Assembly: GCF_000281045.1 (NCBI RefSeq)
Contig: NW_008246075.1
Span: forward strand, 899,385 to 919,384
Source: Saprolegnia diclina VS20
Taxonomy: Eukaryota
Reading direction: 5' to 3'
DNA length: 20,000 nt
Made by a program: the position numbers and the translations under genes. Each line of letters opens with the position of its first letter. Within the stretch, counting starts at the first letter, position 1. Of the stretch, positions 18,800-20,000 are shown piece after piece. The notes under the pieces were generated by a model. It was not told the DNA's origin and did no database searches. It was given only the letters and a program-made list of their open reading frames with translations.

Positions 18800-19690
18800 A
18801 ATCACAAGTCGACGCGAAGAGGGATAGCATGGCGCAGGCGGGCCGCGACGCCGCACCGTTTGAGAAGCGTCGCTGCGTCCAGTCGATAGACGCGCCGCGT
18901 TTTGATGTCGACGACATTAATACTTGCCCAGAGCCGGAGGCTCGCGAGGCCCGTCATGACGGCCGACGCCTTATCAATGTAGTAGACACCATCACGCTTC
19001 ACCGCGGCCTTGGCGTAGTGGTGGTTGGCCGCAGCGTTGAGCCAGTGCGTTTATAAGTACCGGTGTCGACCGACTCGCGCACCGAGATAGCACAAAGCGA
19101 GGCGACTTAGCACCATAGCGACAAGACTCCAAAAGCGCGTGACGCTGCCGATCGCTACGACCGGTGTGGCACACGAGCTGGCTGTCGACAGCGATGACGT
19201 CGCCCTGCCGATGGACTTTGGCTTGAAACAAGACGCGAGAGGTAGCTCCAGACGACCATGCTGAGCCACGCCAGGGTACTACTCGCAGTGGCATAGGGGG
19301 CGAGTACTGGCGCGTGAGCACCGACAAGACTTCGTTAAGGACAAAGACAAGCGGCGTGATTTCGCCTGCCGCAGAGATCGCCGTGGTCCACGCTTTGGAG
19401 TAGCGCCGTCTTGTTGACGTTGCGAAGGAGGACGCCAGGTACACGGCGCCATTAGCGCCGTGGCGAGTCCGACAGCGCTCAGCGCGTGTCGTCGTAAAGG
19501 CCATCGAGTAGCGTTGCTCAAAGTCAAGCCAGCTAAACTTGGCGATGAGCTCCATCGCGCGGTCCATCGAGATACCCCGCAAGGTGCGCACGGCCAGCTG
19601 CAACGGCGTCTTGGCCAGTAGTAGTTGTCGCCCAAATGTCGATGAACGTTGTCGGGCTACCATATGTATTTTCGTAGCTCGTGACAAACG
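18800..19690 (-). pseudogene. Decayed relic of a further array paralog
   Basis: ELIAKFSWLDF...CRTRHGANGAVYLASSFA resembles copy 1 KLVQGFGWEPL...WSKSLRGVGLCHGLVASLA. LCHCE*YPGVAQHGRLELPLASCFKPKSI carries an in-frame stop and matches the 15.5-kb relic. TPVLINALAQRC resembles VPALVAVAHRC. Boundaries are approximate and may extend to about 19790. Confidence 0.55.
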
Positions 19691-20000
19691 GCATCGAGGC
19701 GAGGTGACCGACGCGTTGTAGCGCGCGGCTTGCCCGATAACGTCACCGCCGAGCGTTTGCTCTCGCCGCCCACCAGAAATCGTTGCTCGCCGCCGGGGCT
19801 AGAAGCACTGCACTCTATACGATCGTCCAGACAAGGTAAGCGCCGCAACAGAGACGGTGATAGCTTTGTGCGGGTCATTGCGTGTGCGCGACAACAGGGT
19901 CGTCTTGGAGTTCCGGGAGAATATCACTTCGTCACTGGTGTCATTTGCGATTGAGTGTCCACTGTATTTAAAACCAAACGACTCAACCAACCGAGCAATC

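Overview
Eukaryotic, GC-rich draft-genome sequence with three N gaps (10733-11027, 13765-14648, 17117-17729). Codon style, a short GT-AG intron and gene content suggest an oomycete such as Saprolegnia (inference). The left third holds one intact full-size ABCA transporter (396-6230, +, one 51-nt intron, about 1927 aa). The remaining ~13 kb is a birth-and-death array of one uncharacterised ~920-975 aa protein family: three long minus-strand copies, an inverted frameshifted 5' fragment, and two decayed relics. Each long copy has an N-terminal 2OG-Fe(II) oxygenase-like domain that appears to have lost its HxD...H iron ligands, a central F-box-like motif (WLYNRLPDxIVxxVxSYL) and a divergent C-terminal region with a Cys cluster. 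Copies 2 and 3 are very similar from the ATG to the F-box-like motif and diverge sharply after it. A palindromic TGTTT-N-AAACA element lies upstream of the starts. A stand-alone Uma2-like PD-(D/E)XK nuclease gene sits inside the array. The main hypothesis is an expanded family of pseudo-dioxygenase/F-box-like (SCF adaptor-type) proteins with diversifying C-termini. All domain calls are by eye and need HMM or structure checks.
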